Shown in pieces: positions 50,901 through 64,000 of a stretch of 64,000 nucleotides of DNA. The translations under genes were made by a program, and so were the position numbers. The DNA is taken from positions 27,466,001 through 27,530,000 of the forward strand of contig JBHGNT010000002.1 of the NCBI GenBank assembly GCA_043228905.1, read 5' to 3'. The stretch's first letter is position 1; the number at the start of each line of letters is the position of its first letter. This DNA comes from Azolla caroliniana (taxonomy: Eukaryota > Plantae > Polypodiophyta). Below the pieces are notes generated by a model. That model saw only the letters and a list, made by a program, of their open reading frames with translations, had not been told where the DNA came from and made no database searches.

Positions 50901-53700
50901 GCTACTAACCAACTTTAGATATCCCTTCAACAAACTCTGTGTCATGTAAGTGTCACAATTTCAACACTCATCTTCACATCAAAATCTTCTTTTGCATACC
51001 ACAACATTGTAATAGTAATGAGGATTAATTAATACATTTCAACTGACTTTAGTACATTATCATGCTTTGGAAGTTCTCAACACTTAAAGGGATGTTAAGA
51101 GTGTTAATACACAATCATCTTACATGCTTTCATTCGTCTTTTACAAGCAACATCATTATGAAACGTCCAACTATGTAGGGCAATGCTAAAGTCTTTTAAC
51201 TTTAAGATAATCACATGTACAAGGCACAAAAGGTTCATTTGGTCTTGAGTCTTGACCAACAATCATCTCGATGTCGTAAAAGGAGAGTTGGATGTTTGTT
51301 TTTAAATTTGAGGAAATGATCCACAAATTTGAAAAACCTTGTGTATTCAATGTTTTGGACCAAATATATATCATAGCTCTTAATGCATACCATCCTCCTC
51401 TCATCCATGAATCATAACTCGGGTTGGATAAAGGTTGTTATAAATTGTGAGGTTCTAGGGTTTCACACTACATTTGAGGAACTTACATTACTTTCAAATA
51501 ATTTTGGGTGTTATTGTGCATTACATTCTAGTTAATTATTTTAAATAACATCCTCTCACTCGTCACACTACATACAAAACAACCAATGAGATCCATTGAG
51601 AAATATTTTCTACTAGAGGTACCTCTTATGAAGAATATTAGTGGGCTATGAGGTAAACAAACAAGAAAACAATGTTGCTTTGTCCACTGACTTATGAGAC
51701 TTTTGATTTTGATGGACACATTTGCTCATCTTGTTATTGTTTATTTTTTCACTGAGCCTACATACATAATCACTTGACACCAAAAATCCTCCCCAATTAT
51801 CATCACCTTGGGTTAATGACACACGATACAAAAAACTTGGTCGCCCCAAACAACTAGAATCGGTCATTCCAAACAACTAGACATTAAAACAAGCGATGGA
51901 TAAAAAATGAGTTGATTGGACGTGTGGTAGGGGGGCAATACATACATACATATACATATATGTGAGGCATAAGAAGGAATCAAATCTATTACACAATGTG
52001 GAGCAAAGAAAAGAAAATGATTCAAAATGAAGAAGAAAATGACACACCAAGACATTTGGCTTTACATGGGCCCGAACATAAAGAACAAATGGAGAATTGC
52101 TTTTCTTTATGTGTTCACGTTGTCTCATTTCTTCTTTTTTTAGTTTTCAACAAACCTCTTGTTATTAGGTACCATTGGGTGGACAAATTTGATATGACCA
52201 AATCAAAATGCTTATTTGTTACACTTGTCCTTACTTGCCTTTTCATTTATAAAATGGTTTTAAGGGAAAAATCATGGAGCTAGAGGTAATCAGGATGATT
52301 GTCTAAAAGACCACTTGAAGAAGAAGAAGAAGAAGAGTTCATCTACATCAAGCTTATTACATGGCATCCTTGTAGTCAATGATTCCCCGCATCTTGCACC
52401 AAAGTCATAATGGTCGCCCCTATACCTATGAGATCACTAACAAGGGATACAATATTATCTATTGCCATGTGTTTTGCACATTAGTTTGTTTATGGGGTGC
52501 TTCATTCCATGACCCTAGAGGTTCGGTTGTGCAATCCCTAACTCTCCTTCCAACGACGTAGTTTTCTTTATTTCTTTCTCCAATTTCTTTTGGATGGTGG
52601 GATGTCTAAATGTTAGTAAGATTGTAAGATGTCAACTATAAATGGTTCTTTGCATCACTTAAGTTTGCTCCCATTCACAATGTTTGGAAAGTCTTCACTT
52701 TCAAGATTCTTAAACTTACAAGTTCATGTTTTAATGATTTTTGTCACAATGCATAAGCCTTCGATCATGAGTTTGAGCTCTTATTGTGTCTTTTGGAAGA
52801 GAACATAAGAGTAATATAACCTTCCTCAAGAACTTTGTCTTTGATCATGTTGCTACATGGTGTTTTCTTCGTAAGGAGTGTATCTCAATCAAACTTATCC
52901 AAAAAGACCAATTATTCAAAAGTTCTTTCCAAGCTGAAGTTTTGGGAAATGACAAGAAAGTCACTACCTTATTATCCCTTCTAGAAAAAACTATTTCATT
53001 AGAGAGTTTTTTTGTAGAGTGTATGTGCTTTGCTGTTAAGGTTCCTTTCATAGTACATTCAAGAGAAATGATTAGTTTTCAAAATTCGTTATTGCAAAGT
53101 TGGCTTTTGTTAGCATTTCACACATATTGGCTAATAAGGAATAGCCCCCTCCTAATTGATCTCTTACGCACACAGAATTATCTCTTTAAGTAAATCACTT
53201 GGAAGTTTTTTCTTGCATAGTGTAAACATATATAACAATCGTTGTTGGACAAACACATTTTTTTCATGATTTTTTGACCTTGTGGTGTTGAGAATTGAAT
53301 CAAAGTGAATTCGCTCTCATCCCTTAATGGTTTCACCTCTAGGCTTTCGAGGAGTGAATGTCTTTACAAGAAACTTGCATTGCTTAACTTTTAGATGCAA
53401 GAGGCGAGTAATTTTCCCAACTCTTCCCATTTCCATTTAGGCACATCCTCAAAACACTTTCACCAAAATAGAGTAGGATTAAGTAAATGGTTAAGTTTCC
53501 CTTAATACACCTTGGCATTTGCTCAAACTTTGTGATGTATCCTTTTTATCTCCAAATTATGATCTTGTTAAGGTTTTTATTATTCACAAGATAACCAATA
53601 AGATTTGTGCACCAATTCCGACCTAAGGGATTACCTGATCCACCCAAGTTCGTGACACACGCTTCGTTGTGGTGATATATGTACATCGTCAACAACTAAT
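48000..53700 (-). mobile_element. Highly degenerate transposon relic, possibly Ty3/gypsy pol
   Basis: CpG-depleted and ORF-less. Fragmentary minus-strand translations around 50000-50900 weakly resemble gypsy RT. No LTRs identified; boundaries are guesses. Confidence 0.3.
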
Positions 53701-56700
53701 AAATGCATTCCTTATGTTGTACATGTACTCTAACCCCTTTGAACCTCCAATATCATTTTGAATTTTTAGAATCATTTATTGATCATACAACTACCATCAA
53801 TAACTAAGCAACATTATCTTCCTATTTTATATTTACAATGTGAATTGTGTATGAAGTTATTGTCTTTATAGCCTAATGTTTTTCTAGAATGCAGTTTAAA
53901 TGAAAGTCATGAGTATGTATATTATACAACCACATTACCATATTTAGTTTAAATATTTCGTTTGTCTCATGGAGTGAATGTGGGGCCAAGGTTGTGAAAC
54001 CATCCAATTTTCATCCACATGGAATGTAAACTCTAAATTACTCTGATTTATAGACAATGATATCAAAAAGATTGGACCTTAAATCCAAGCAGACCACGTG
54101 ACTTGTTCACTTTGGTTCAATAATGTTACAACTTAATCACAAAGATACGCACACAAAATTTTAGTTTTATTCTTGAGGTTGTGTTTAGAATTGCAATTCT
54201 TTATGTAAGTTGGAGTTTTAATCATCATCAAAATATATTTTTCACATTTATACTATCTAAGGAGATTTACTCATTTTGAATAGGTTTGAAGAAGTTACAA
54301 ATACAACCTTATTGAACTATGATTGCCATATTTTCATCGAGTAAACTAGTGCAAATGGCGATATTTGAAGCCAAGTGTATGGGTTTGAAAAATGTATGAT
54401 ATGTCACAATTATGCACTAACAACAAAAAGTAGTTACAAAAGGCAATGTTTAAGCCTAGATGGAATGCATTGAGTAATGATGATAACTCAATTAATTAAA
54501 AACCATCATTTGCTTTAAAATTGAGACTTAATTCTTAATGATGATTCAAGATAAATGTCAAATTTTCTGGTATGATTTTTTTGCCACTATGTGCACATTT
54601 GTATATCATTAAAATGAAGATAGTGCATGTATAGTTCTTGAGTTGACAATTTCATCCTTGGGTATTGTATCATGAGAGATGGTTCATACAACGATGAATT
54701 AATCTTGAAAAAAAAAACTTTTGAAAGTTATTATTTCTAATAGCATTTAAACCTTGAGAGTTTGAAATGTAAGAGTAGCGATACTTTAATCATTGCCAAA
54801 CACATTTGAATGAGTATTAGTTACAATAAGCTGACAATGAGGCTCAAAGTTACATCATGCATATATGTAGAATCAGAGATTTGTCGTATAATATGCACCC
54901 CCTGACAATCTATAATCTCTAACAACTCTTTACATGTGATCAAGGCCATGCGCATACAAATAATACCTTGTCGATAGTATGGACCACATGTGGTCATAGC
55001 TATGAAGGTAAGAAACTACAAAAAGTTGAACGAAATTTTTGATATCTTTTTCTTTACGCATGAAATTTTGAGAATGCTTGTGATGGGGCATACAAATGAT
55101 ATTGGGAGTGATAAGGATAGGTGAAGTGATCGAGTTGTTTTTTTAAAACTCTAAAATTTGATAAGAGACAAAGAAGTATGGGAGCTATTTGCTACATGGG
55201 AGGTTGAAACAACTTGTGGGACACTGACATGGAAGCTCGGAATCCTACTAAGGCATAAGAAATATATAAATGGAAGAGGGGCGACTACTTTGATTATGAA
55301 AGGGGAACAATAACGTTGTTTTTTTTTATAAATTTTATCACAAGATTTGATTTTTTTGGTTCATAGCAAAAAAGGTCATGGTAAACTCTTAGGTCAAGTT
55401 GTACGAAAGGGCTAATACATGAGATAAAACATCATAGTACTTAATGTATTCGAAATCTCATAATGTTAAAGCTTCACAAGTACCTTAAATTGTATACATG
55501 CTTTCTTATAACATTTGTATGTATATGGATATACATGTATATATGCTTACAACCAACCACATCAACAATTGGCTATACAGAAAATGTCACATTTTATTAT
55601 CATGATAGGAATATATATGTGACATATTTGAAACCCATTTATTTGTGGCTTGAAAATCATGTATTTGATTATTCGTTTGAATTCAAGTGATAATGTGCAT
55701 AATGTAGAGTTATTGTAGGAAACAAATATGTTTGGAACTGAATGATGACACTTGGAATACAGTTTTAGGAGTGCAATCGTTTGGAGAGGACATTGAATAT
55801 TCATACTTTGTAATCTCTCCTCTTGAAATTTATGAATAAAAACAAACTTGCCACCAATGTAATGAAATTATTGAGGGGAGAAAGTTATAAACATATAATT
55901 GAATGAGCGTCATGCATAGAATAAGGCTTACTATTTCCTCATACGCTACCTCATTTGATCCTATTTCATGCGAATCAATAACCATTGATTTGGTGTTCAC
56001 AACAACAATGGTTGATGTTGAGTTTGTAACCATGAAACTTGTTTGAAATGTCACTTTAATAAAATCTTATATTATTATAAATGAGATATGAACAACTACA
56101 TTATTAAGTCGTTCCACCTAGTTTTTCATGTGTTATTTGTGAGAAAATTTGAGAAGGGTCAAAAGTGCTTAGGAGTTCGATATGGCAGACATTTAGGTGA
56201 AGAAGGGAATCATGTTATTCCAAATTCCAATATGTGGCATACACAACACCATCTTGCTTCCATCTTTTTGCACAATATTATTTTTTGGGTGGACAATTGA
56301 TGATTGTAATGTCAACATACGAGTTCATGCTAGGTTTCAATTTCTTCCCTATGATGATGCTAGTTTGACATTTGATCATACCAACCCCCATGAAAACACT
56401 AACATTTTAACCGAAGGAAATATTGCCACTCTTTAAACCACATTCAAATGCCCAAGATAATGTTAAGGGATATGTTTCATGATACCATAAGAGTAAATAT
56501 TGACACGTTCTTTCACAATGCTTGATAGATAAAAATGCATTTTAGAAACAACCAAAACTGAAATTGAGGTAACGTTATTTCCAACGACGTCATGTATTCT
56601 TATTATATATTCAATAATCATACACAATATTGCAATTACTTGTACAAATGTATTGTAAAAATTAGTGGTATGGCTTAGTCATTCACGTGAACTTTAGAAT

Positions 56701-57467
56701 ATAGCAATATTGGTTGTCCCACGCTCACCATGTTCTTAATCCACATTATTTTTTAGTTCCTTAATATGGAATGGATAACCACACATAACATGGCACAAGG
56801 CCTTGACAATAGTTATGTGTTTTTACTAACAAAAGGATCATCATTAGGGCCTCAATGGCACTACCAAGCACCCCGATGGTTGTTTCCCCCAATAGTTTCC
56901 AACAACGTCTAGGTGCTGTAAATTTGTATAGTTATGGTACAAATAACTAGGTTATTGGAGTTGTTTGGATACGTTTGTTGAAAATGAGGTGGGGACTATG
57001 TCCGCTTTGGTGGGAAGGCCAGAGTGAGGGCTGTTGAGAGGAATTTTGAGAGTTCTATGATGTAATTTTGTTTGCTAACTAATGTGAAGTAGTGTTTTTT
57101 TGGAAAAAAAGAGAGAGAGGATCATCCACTTTTTTTTTGAAGTGACTATTGTGAATTTCCACGAGAAACTAATAGAAATGATATGAGAAGAGAGAGGGAA
57201 GATGTCGAAAGACGAGACAAACATATACATATGCATAGTTGTAGTCACAACTTTATGTGTGTATGTTAGAAATAAAAATAGATTTCTCAAATATGACTTA
57301 TGGGACTAAAGCAAAACATTATCTTGTTGGAGTTGGTAAGCAACTCTCAACGGGCATGACTTTTACTAATGAATATTGCGATTGAGAGCACACATAGTGA
57401 CTCTGAGAACAATGTTTGTAGGGGTAGGTTAGGATGAAGATGTGGGAAAGCAATTTTGGATATGGTC

Positions 57468-57483
57468 GCGCGTGTGCGTGTGC

Positions 57484-57537
<54 letters not shown>
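57468..57537. repeat. (CG)(GT)n(GA)n compound microsatellite
   Basis: Seen directly. Confidence 0.9.
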
Positions 57538-57541
<4 letters not shown>

Positions 57542-60500
57542 CTCTTAATAATAACATAACAAAATAGGGAGGACATTATTTAGAAACAACTGTAAAGACG
57601 TGATTATTTCAATGTGAGGTAATTTTATGTAGGTAGGCGGTTGTATATATCCATATCTTCTATTGCTTGACCAAAAGTTTATCCACATTTGGTATTGATC
57701 TAACTTTATGTAGGTTACGTTTTGCAAATGTTGCCCTCCAAAAGATTTGGTACCTTTTAGTAAAAGTTATGCATAAGATGAGTTGGCTCTACAACATATT
57801 GATGGCGTGATGTAGGCGTTATTGTTTAAGAAGTGGGGTATAGACATGACATCAAGAGAGAGTGCTAACATTTCTAAGTTTTGCGGCAGAAGATTTAGTT
57901 TGTGTGTACCAAATAGTTTGATACATTTCCCCCTTCACTGTATTATGTTTTAGAGCAATTCACATACAATTTGAGCTCAAAAACAACAAGCTAATTCTCT
58001 ATCACTCATCTCTAGAACCCACAAGACATTACATATATTAGTATATGAACGTGGTTAGCATCTTTTTTTGAACTAGTTCCAACATGGAGAAGAGAGCTGA
58101 AATTTTAATGTGTAATGAAGATGGAGAGACAAATTATGCAACCTATGGTGAGGATCAAACTTTGGTTTGCTTAATTTTATTGATTTTTGATGCTACAACA
58201 CAAACAACAAAGCCTTTTGATAAGAAGAATATAGAAAAAGAAATTATTTACATCCCCTTTTCATTCCTTTTTAATAAAAGTTTTATTTTCTTTTTCTAAA
58301 ATTGTATCAAAGGTTGAAATCGAGAAGGAAGCTACAATTGTGACTCACAATGGCATATAGCCCAATTCATTGAATCTAACAGCCATTACTTTCAACTTTA
58401 AGAGACAAGTAATGGAATGCATCTTCAACGTCAGCTCCTTTAGGTTGCCCAATTCACACAAACATAGGATCGATAATAACGTCATTGATCACTTGCACCT
58501 TTTCAATTCAACGATTCTATTATTATAGTAAAATGAAGTGGCTGACAAAGCAACATTTTTACAACTAATATTGTAGATGTGGATGAATATATTCATATAC
58601 ACCAAATGGTGCCTAACAAGTGGATATTTAATGGATTGTTAATAACTGATGATAATTACATGTCACCATAGGTTGCCAAGGGACCCCATACATTGTTGGG
58701 TATAGAATAGGGAAAATCAATTCTCTCGTGTATTGTTTTGATATTGTGACATATACATGTATATTAAAAAAATGTTAGGTAACATGCCGAATATAACATA
58801 CGGATGGGGCAAATAACTTTGACATCTTCTTCAGGACAAACCTAAAGGACCGGACTCTTTATAATATTTTCTTCCAATAACTTTGATGATGAAGTTAGGT
58901 TAGTGGGAACATGTATGGAGAGATGTTGGTTTATGGAAGGATGGTGAAGTGACTTCAACGACACTCGAGAATACAACTTTACCATTCACCCTGGAAAGAC
59001 ATGACCGGGAAACAAGGCATTTCTTCCACATGAGATGCTTTTAAAAAAGTAAAAAAATGTGTTGATGGGGGTTGTAACCCATTCAAAGCACCTTGAAAAC
59101 TCTCAAAAAATATATCATGCGGAAAAGATATGAAAGAATCGCACCAAAGTTTTTCACCAAGAAGCTTCCACAGGGTACGAAAAATCCATTATTGGTTGAG
59201 AAATTGAAATATGTGTATTCTCCAATAGCTAAAATATTGGCAGACAAACTGAACCCAATGCCTATCATGTAATTTTTTGTTTATGTGCATAATGCATACA
59301 AAAATATAATAATATATTCTTATTGTTTCTTATTTGCCTTTGTACTATGCATACACACATTGGCAAAGTTGTGCATATGGGCTAAAGAAAAAGCGCTTCA
59401 AACCCAATGGTTTTGCTCAAGATTATTGGCACTTTTTGGACAAACATGTTAAATTAATAAACTTATATGGCATTGCATTGACAAGTACAAGGGCATCCTC
59501 AAGCCTATTAGGTTCCTAACAAGTATTGGATTTGACCATTCACAATTCAAATGAGACAAGAACTATGAATTACTTAAAGAGGGGATGAAAGCCAAAGGGT
59601 TCAATAATGCCATCAGTATTATGGCAATAATTTAAAACAATCACACTTGTCATTAGGCTTCTTAAAATTGCCAACTCTATGTTGTAATGGACTTTCTAGA
59701 AGCATATGTTGAATTGTGTTCTATTGCGCCACTATTATTATCTATAAACAAGGCCAAAAGGTTATATGCCCAAATGTCCACACAAAAAGTACGAGTACAG
59801 GAAGATGTCAAGTTGAACATTTCATAAAGAGGCACATAGACAAACACGGGCTACCCACAAAGTTGAAAATGACAAAATTGAGAATGAAGACTACTTACAT
59901 CTTGCATCTATGTGCAACTGGCAAGAACATGATATTGTTATATGCAATCAATGAATAAGTAGATATTGGTATAATAAACGTAGATAGGATGACAATACTG
60001 TAGAAGGAGATGTACTATTCAAGGCAAGGGTTAGAAACCAAGTGAAAGCTTTATGACAATATCACCATCCCCATATGCTTAATGTTATCACATTAATAAT
60101 GGACCTTTTTTAGCTTGATTGCTTTTTATGGTGCTTAGGCTGGTCATTAAGATCATCCTTATGAACTAAGGATTGCTCAAGAGTACATATTTCTACATTT
60201 CGTAGCATTGGATCAAATCATTATTGTACTTAATAATGTTGATATGTGTGTTACATTTGTTAAAAGACTTGTGTATGTATTTGATAATCTTAAATTATAA
60301 GTCCTTGTTTTCTCTAGTTGATGTATAGTATTTCCCTTTTATGTGAAAGAAAACAACACTCGAGCACCATTGTGCTTCATGTTGTGATGGAATAAAATGT
60401 AAGGGCACCTTATGTTTTTGAACATCATAAGTGTCCAGAAATTTCCTTGTTTCATTTCTCCCTTGGTGTGTATCTATAGATGTAGCGTCAATGATGTGAC

Positions 60501-60548
60501 CTAGTATGTTTTGTTGCATAACAGTTACTGGATATAAAAAGAAGCACC

Positions 60549-60745
60549 TGGTTGAGAGATCCTTTGGAGAACTTGCTTTAGTGAGATTGTGGTAAGGAAA
60601 ATTCTTTGGATAATCCAAAGGAAACTTACTGAAATTTCTAAGAGTGTGGTTGAGAGATCCTTTGGAGAACTTGATTTAGTGAGATTGTGGTAAGGAAATT
60701 TCTTTGGATAATCCAAAGGAAACTTACTGAAATTTCTAGGAGTGT
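60549..60745. repeat. 98-bp tandem duplication
   Basis: tggttgagagatcctttggagaacttg...gaaatttcta(a/g)gagtg at 60549 and 60647. Confidence 0.92.
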
Positions 60746-62564
60746 ATTCGTAGAAAATTCACATTTTGATAATTTTATTATCAATAACTAATACAAAAAC
60801 CAACTTGAAATTTTGGTGAAAACATATTGTATCCTTTTCCTGGAGCACTCAGATGAGGATTATCACTTGTGCATGAGTAAGTGTACCAATCCTCGACAAC
60901 AAACCCAAATTTTGTGTAAATTTCATGCCCAAAGTTCGAAAATCTACATTCATAAAATTACATTTCGAGGAACACTCTAGTGATAATGTTTGAATTTGGA
61001 AATTTGATGTGCAAAAGGCTGATGTTTGAAGGGTGTGGTAAAAAAACCAAAGCTCCATTGTCAATTGCACCTTCAATATTATAATATCACTGTAAAAAAT
61101 ATTCAAACTAGTGAAAAAAACACCTTCAAATATTGAGATATGTATGTATATATGTTAGTAAGTAGCAATTAAAATGTCCCATTCTCTTGACAATGAGTAT
61201 TGTATTGTAAAGCCGGCGGAGGCAGATAAATTTCAATTTCTTCTCATTTTACTTGAGGCCAATGTGAACGGGTGTACAAAGGAATATATGCCCATTCCTG
61301 ACCTTCCCTTGTTTGGCGGAAGAACGGTGGGGCCAAAGGCATTTGCGGCCAACTTGTTTCCTATTTTTGTTGCTCGTTGTGAAAAGTCCCAAAAATTGTG
61401 AAGGTATTGATTGGTTTGATATTATGTTTTCATTTGCCTCTGTTGTAGTGTGAAAAGACCCTTAAACAAGACAAAACTTCATAAATTTGTCACACCACAT
61501 GAGATTCAATTTTATCCCCATGAAAGTCTAGGCTTTTCCACCAAACCACTTTGGCTTCAAGGCAATACGTAGATATATTTTTAATCAAGCAATACATAGA
61601 TATATTTTTAATCAATAACATAGCCTATAGTTATATAGGTGACCATTGGGCCAAGAGGCAAGTCGATGAAAACCAAAAGCCTCTTAGTTTTGAATGAATG
61701 GAGGGTTTAACAACCTTCTAGGGGTTGATTTCGACAACTTATTAACATTTATGTGGACACGGTGGTGGGGTGGTTTCAAACCGTCAAAAGAACATCTCTG
61801 ATATATCTATGGTCCATATATATATATATTACATAAGATTTCAACGATTGCAAATATAAACGAAGGCGCGTTACCGTTCGACAAACTTGTTATTTTACCA
61901 CAAACACGAGACATAACTGTCGCCTTCCGCCCCCCCTATAGTTACCTTACCCCCATCCCTAGTGCTTCTAGAAATGATCACCCTTTACCCCCCCCCCCCC
62001 CCCCCCCCCCCAATCCCTGGGTGGTTCTAGAAATTATCAGCCTTTACCCTCCCCCCCATATTGCACGTTAGAAGGGTGAGGGCTATGTACAGATGTATAT
62101 GCTTTCTCTATATATTTTTATTATCCTCACGCTTTTTGTCTTCCATATTTATTTATTTAGGCGTGGCGGAGGGGGGGGGGGGTTATTTCTGAAATGATCT
62201 TAGTTTTCTATTGTTTTTTACCACTCTTTTCTTTTATTGACTATATTTTTTCGTTAAAAAAAAGGGGGGGGGGAGGGGTTAAACGAAGGGTGGGGGTGGT
62301 AAATTGAATGAAGAGAGAGAGAGATCAGATCACACGGGCGAAAGGAGAAAATAAAACCACCCACGATATGTATATATAACTGCAGAAGAGAGAGAGAGAA
62401 ACAAAAGAGTCTTGTCGATTTACCAAAAGAAAACAAAAAGAGATGTCTTGTAGAGAGAGGAAATTATAGAAGAAGAAGAAGAAGAAGAAGAAGAAGAAGA
62501 AGAAGAAGAGAGGGAGGGCAGGGGCATCATTCGCGGCCATTCAATGGACGGGCGGGCCGTTCGT

Positions 62565-62574
62565 CCGACGTGGC
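62565..62574 (+). promoter_or_regulatory. ABRE/G-box-like motif (ACGTGGC) overlapping CCGAC upstream of the right-edge gene
   Basis: CCGACGTGGC within a CpG-rich patch (62530-62590), ~780 bp upstream of ATG 63350. Motif match only. Confidence 0.35.
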
Positions 62575-62945
62575 AAACGGACGCCACATCACTCTTTAAA
62601 TCCTGTTTTCAGTTTATTATTTTCCCTGCTCCTTCAGTATGTATTATTAGAAGAAGTAGTAGTAATAATAATAATAATAATAGTTCATGGGAATTTCTCT
62701 CCCCACGAACCAAAACAGTCCCTCCTCCTCAACAAACAAGATCTTATCGATTTCTCTCCTCCGCCTCTCTCTGTGCATTAACTGAATTGGATTGAAGCGG
62801 CAGCAGACAGACAGACACAGAAAGGAAGGTTAAGATCAGGAAAGAAGCGGGCTTCAAAGCACGGGAAGAAGAAGAAGAAGAAGAAGAAGAAGAAGGAGGA
62901 GGAGGAGGAGGAAATTAGAATAATTAGAAGAAACTTGCATTCTGA

Positions 62946-63041
62946 AGCAGCACCATAAGAACAAGGTTCTGTTCATCTTCATTGGTTTATGGAACATTAG
63001 CAGCACCATAAGAACAAGGTTTTGTTCATCTTCATTGGTTT
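62946..63041. repeat. 53-bp-period tandem duplication in putative 5' UTR
   Basis: agcagcaccataagaacaaggtt(c/t)tgttcatcttcattggttt at 62946 and 62999. Confidence 0.9.
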
Positions 63042-63349
63042 CTTCAAGAAGAAGAAGAAGTAGAAGAACGGGAGGAAGCAGGACCAGAAGAAGAAGAAGA
63101 AGAAGAAGAAGAAGTTCAGGACCAGGTGGAGGAATTAGACGATTCAGCAGGAAGAAGAAGAAAAAGAAACAGGAAGAAAAAGGAGAAGCGCAAATTGTTT
63201 CCCTTTTCCATATCCATCGTCTTCTTCGCAATCGTCAGTTTCGTCTTCATTGGATTTGTCGCGGTCTTTGTAGACTGCTGATTTCCTGTCCTTAAATAAT
63301 AGGGATTTTCTTATATTTATTTCTCGCTGTCTTCGAGGCTTATTCGGCG

Positions 63350-64000
63350 ATGGCAGTTCAAGCACAGAATCCATCCACACCTCTTCCTGATCTTCGCAAC
63401 AGGTAGCAAAGTAAAACCAAAATTGTCATTCCTTATCGTTTCTTATTTTGCTTGATTTCTTTTTTTCGCGTCTTAGTCTTTCCTAATCTTATCTGTAAGT
63501 ATTCATTCTCTTCTTGATCTTAATCTTGACCATGACCATTATCAAAACCTTGATCCTTCTTCCGCGTTCCATTATTTTTTCCTGATCGGAGAAACAGGCA
63601 AACACGGTATTTCTTTCTTGATTTTTGTTTCGCTTAACCTTAATATTCTTCTTGTTAAATGTACTTTCTTTTGGATTTTTGGATTCTCTTTGATCATCGT
63701 TATCGCAATCTTGACCGTCGTGCAGATAATTCGAACTTTAATCCTGATTTCGCTTCTTCTTCTTCGTCTTCTTCTTCGTCTTCTTCTTCGTCTTCTTCTT
63801 CGTCTTCTTCTTCCTCCTCCTCCTCCTTTGATTCTTCTTCTTTGGAGTTTTATTTTCGATTCCATGCCATCATTGTATACATCAGTGCTTTTGATCATGG
63901 ATATTGCTCATGTTTTCACTGCTTTCTTCATTGATGCGAGTACAAATTTTCTTCTTGACAATCTTCACAGGTCTCCTACGTCATTATATTTTCGTTCGTG
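63350..64000 (+). CDS. N-terminal exons of a probable BOI-related / SBP-family RING E3 ubiquitin ligase (partial)
   Basis: Exon 63350-63402 encodes MAVQAQNPSTPLPDLRNR with donor AG|GTAGC. Acceptor cttcacag| at 63970 continues in frame (RSPTSLYFRS..., 63971-64000). MAVQAQ.PS....NR followed by a phase-2 intron matches the BOI/BRG N-terminus as I recall it. The RING domain is outside the window. Confidence 0.65.

Noticed and set aside
62854-63934. Poly-Arg, poly-Leu and poly-Ser ORFs
   Set aside because: Translations of GAA/TCT microsatellites in the leader and first intron of the BOI-like gene.

Overview
Eukaryotic land-plant nuclear DNA: AT-rich, with spliceosomal GT-AG introns, plant gene families and CG/CHG-decayed transposons. 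A seed-free lineage such as a fern is my guess, but it cannot be proven from the window. Genes: (1) the first ~1-kb coding exon of an unidentified minus-strand gene running off the left edge, missed by the ORF track; (2) a complete 26-exon PATROL1/Munc13-like (MUN/DUF810) gene, 19364-34078 (+), 1100 aa by my manual splicing; (3) an intronless trihelix (Myb/SANT-like) transcription-factor ORF, 36783-38342 (+); (4) the first exons of a probable BOI/SBP-family RING E3 ligase at the right edge. Mobile DNA: a full-length but disabled Ty1/copia element (8949-14631; 387-bp LTRs, AAATT TSD) inserted in a hAT-type MITE; an intact copy of that MITE family in a PATROL1 intron; a Mutator-like MITE; a 5'-truncated L1 with TSD just upstream of the trihelix ATG; other LINE relics; and ~20 kb of heavily decayed repeats (41-61 kb). 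The most unusual signal is a ~2.4-kb head-to-tail array of about 16 degenerate tRNA-Cys(GCA)-like units with a conserved 3' trailer at 6216-8580. All calls were made by eye; no alignments or database searches were run.
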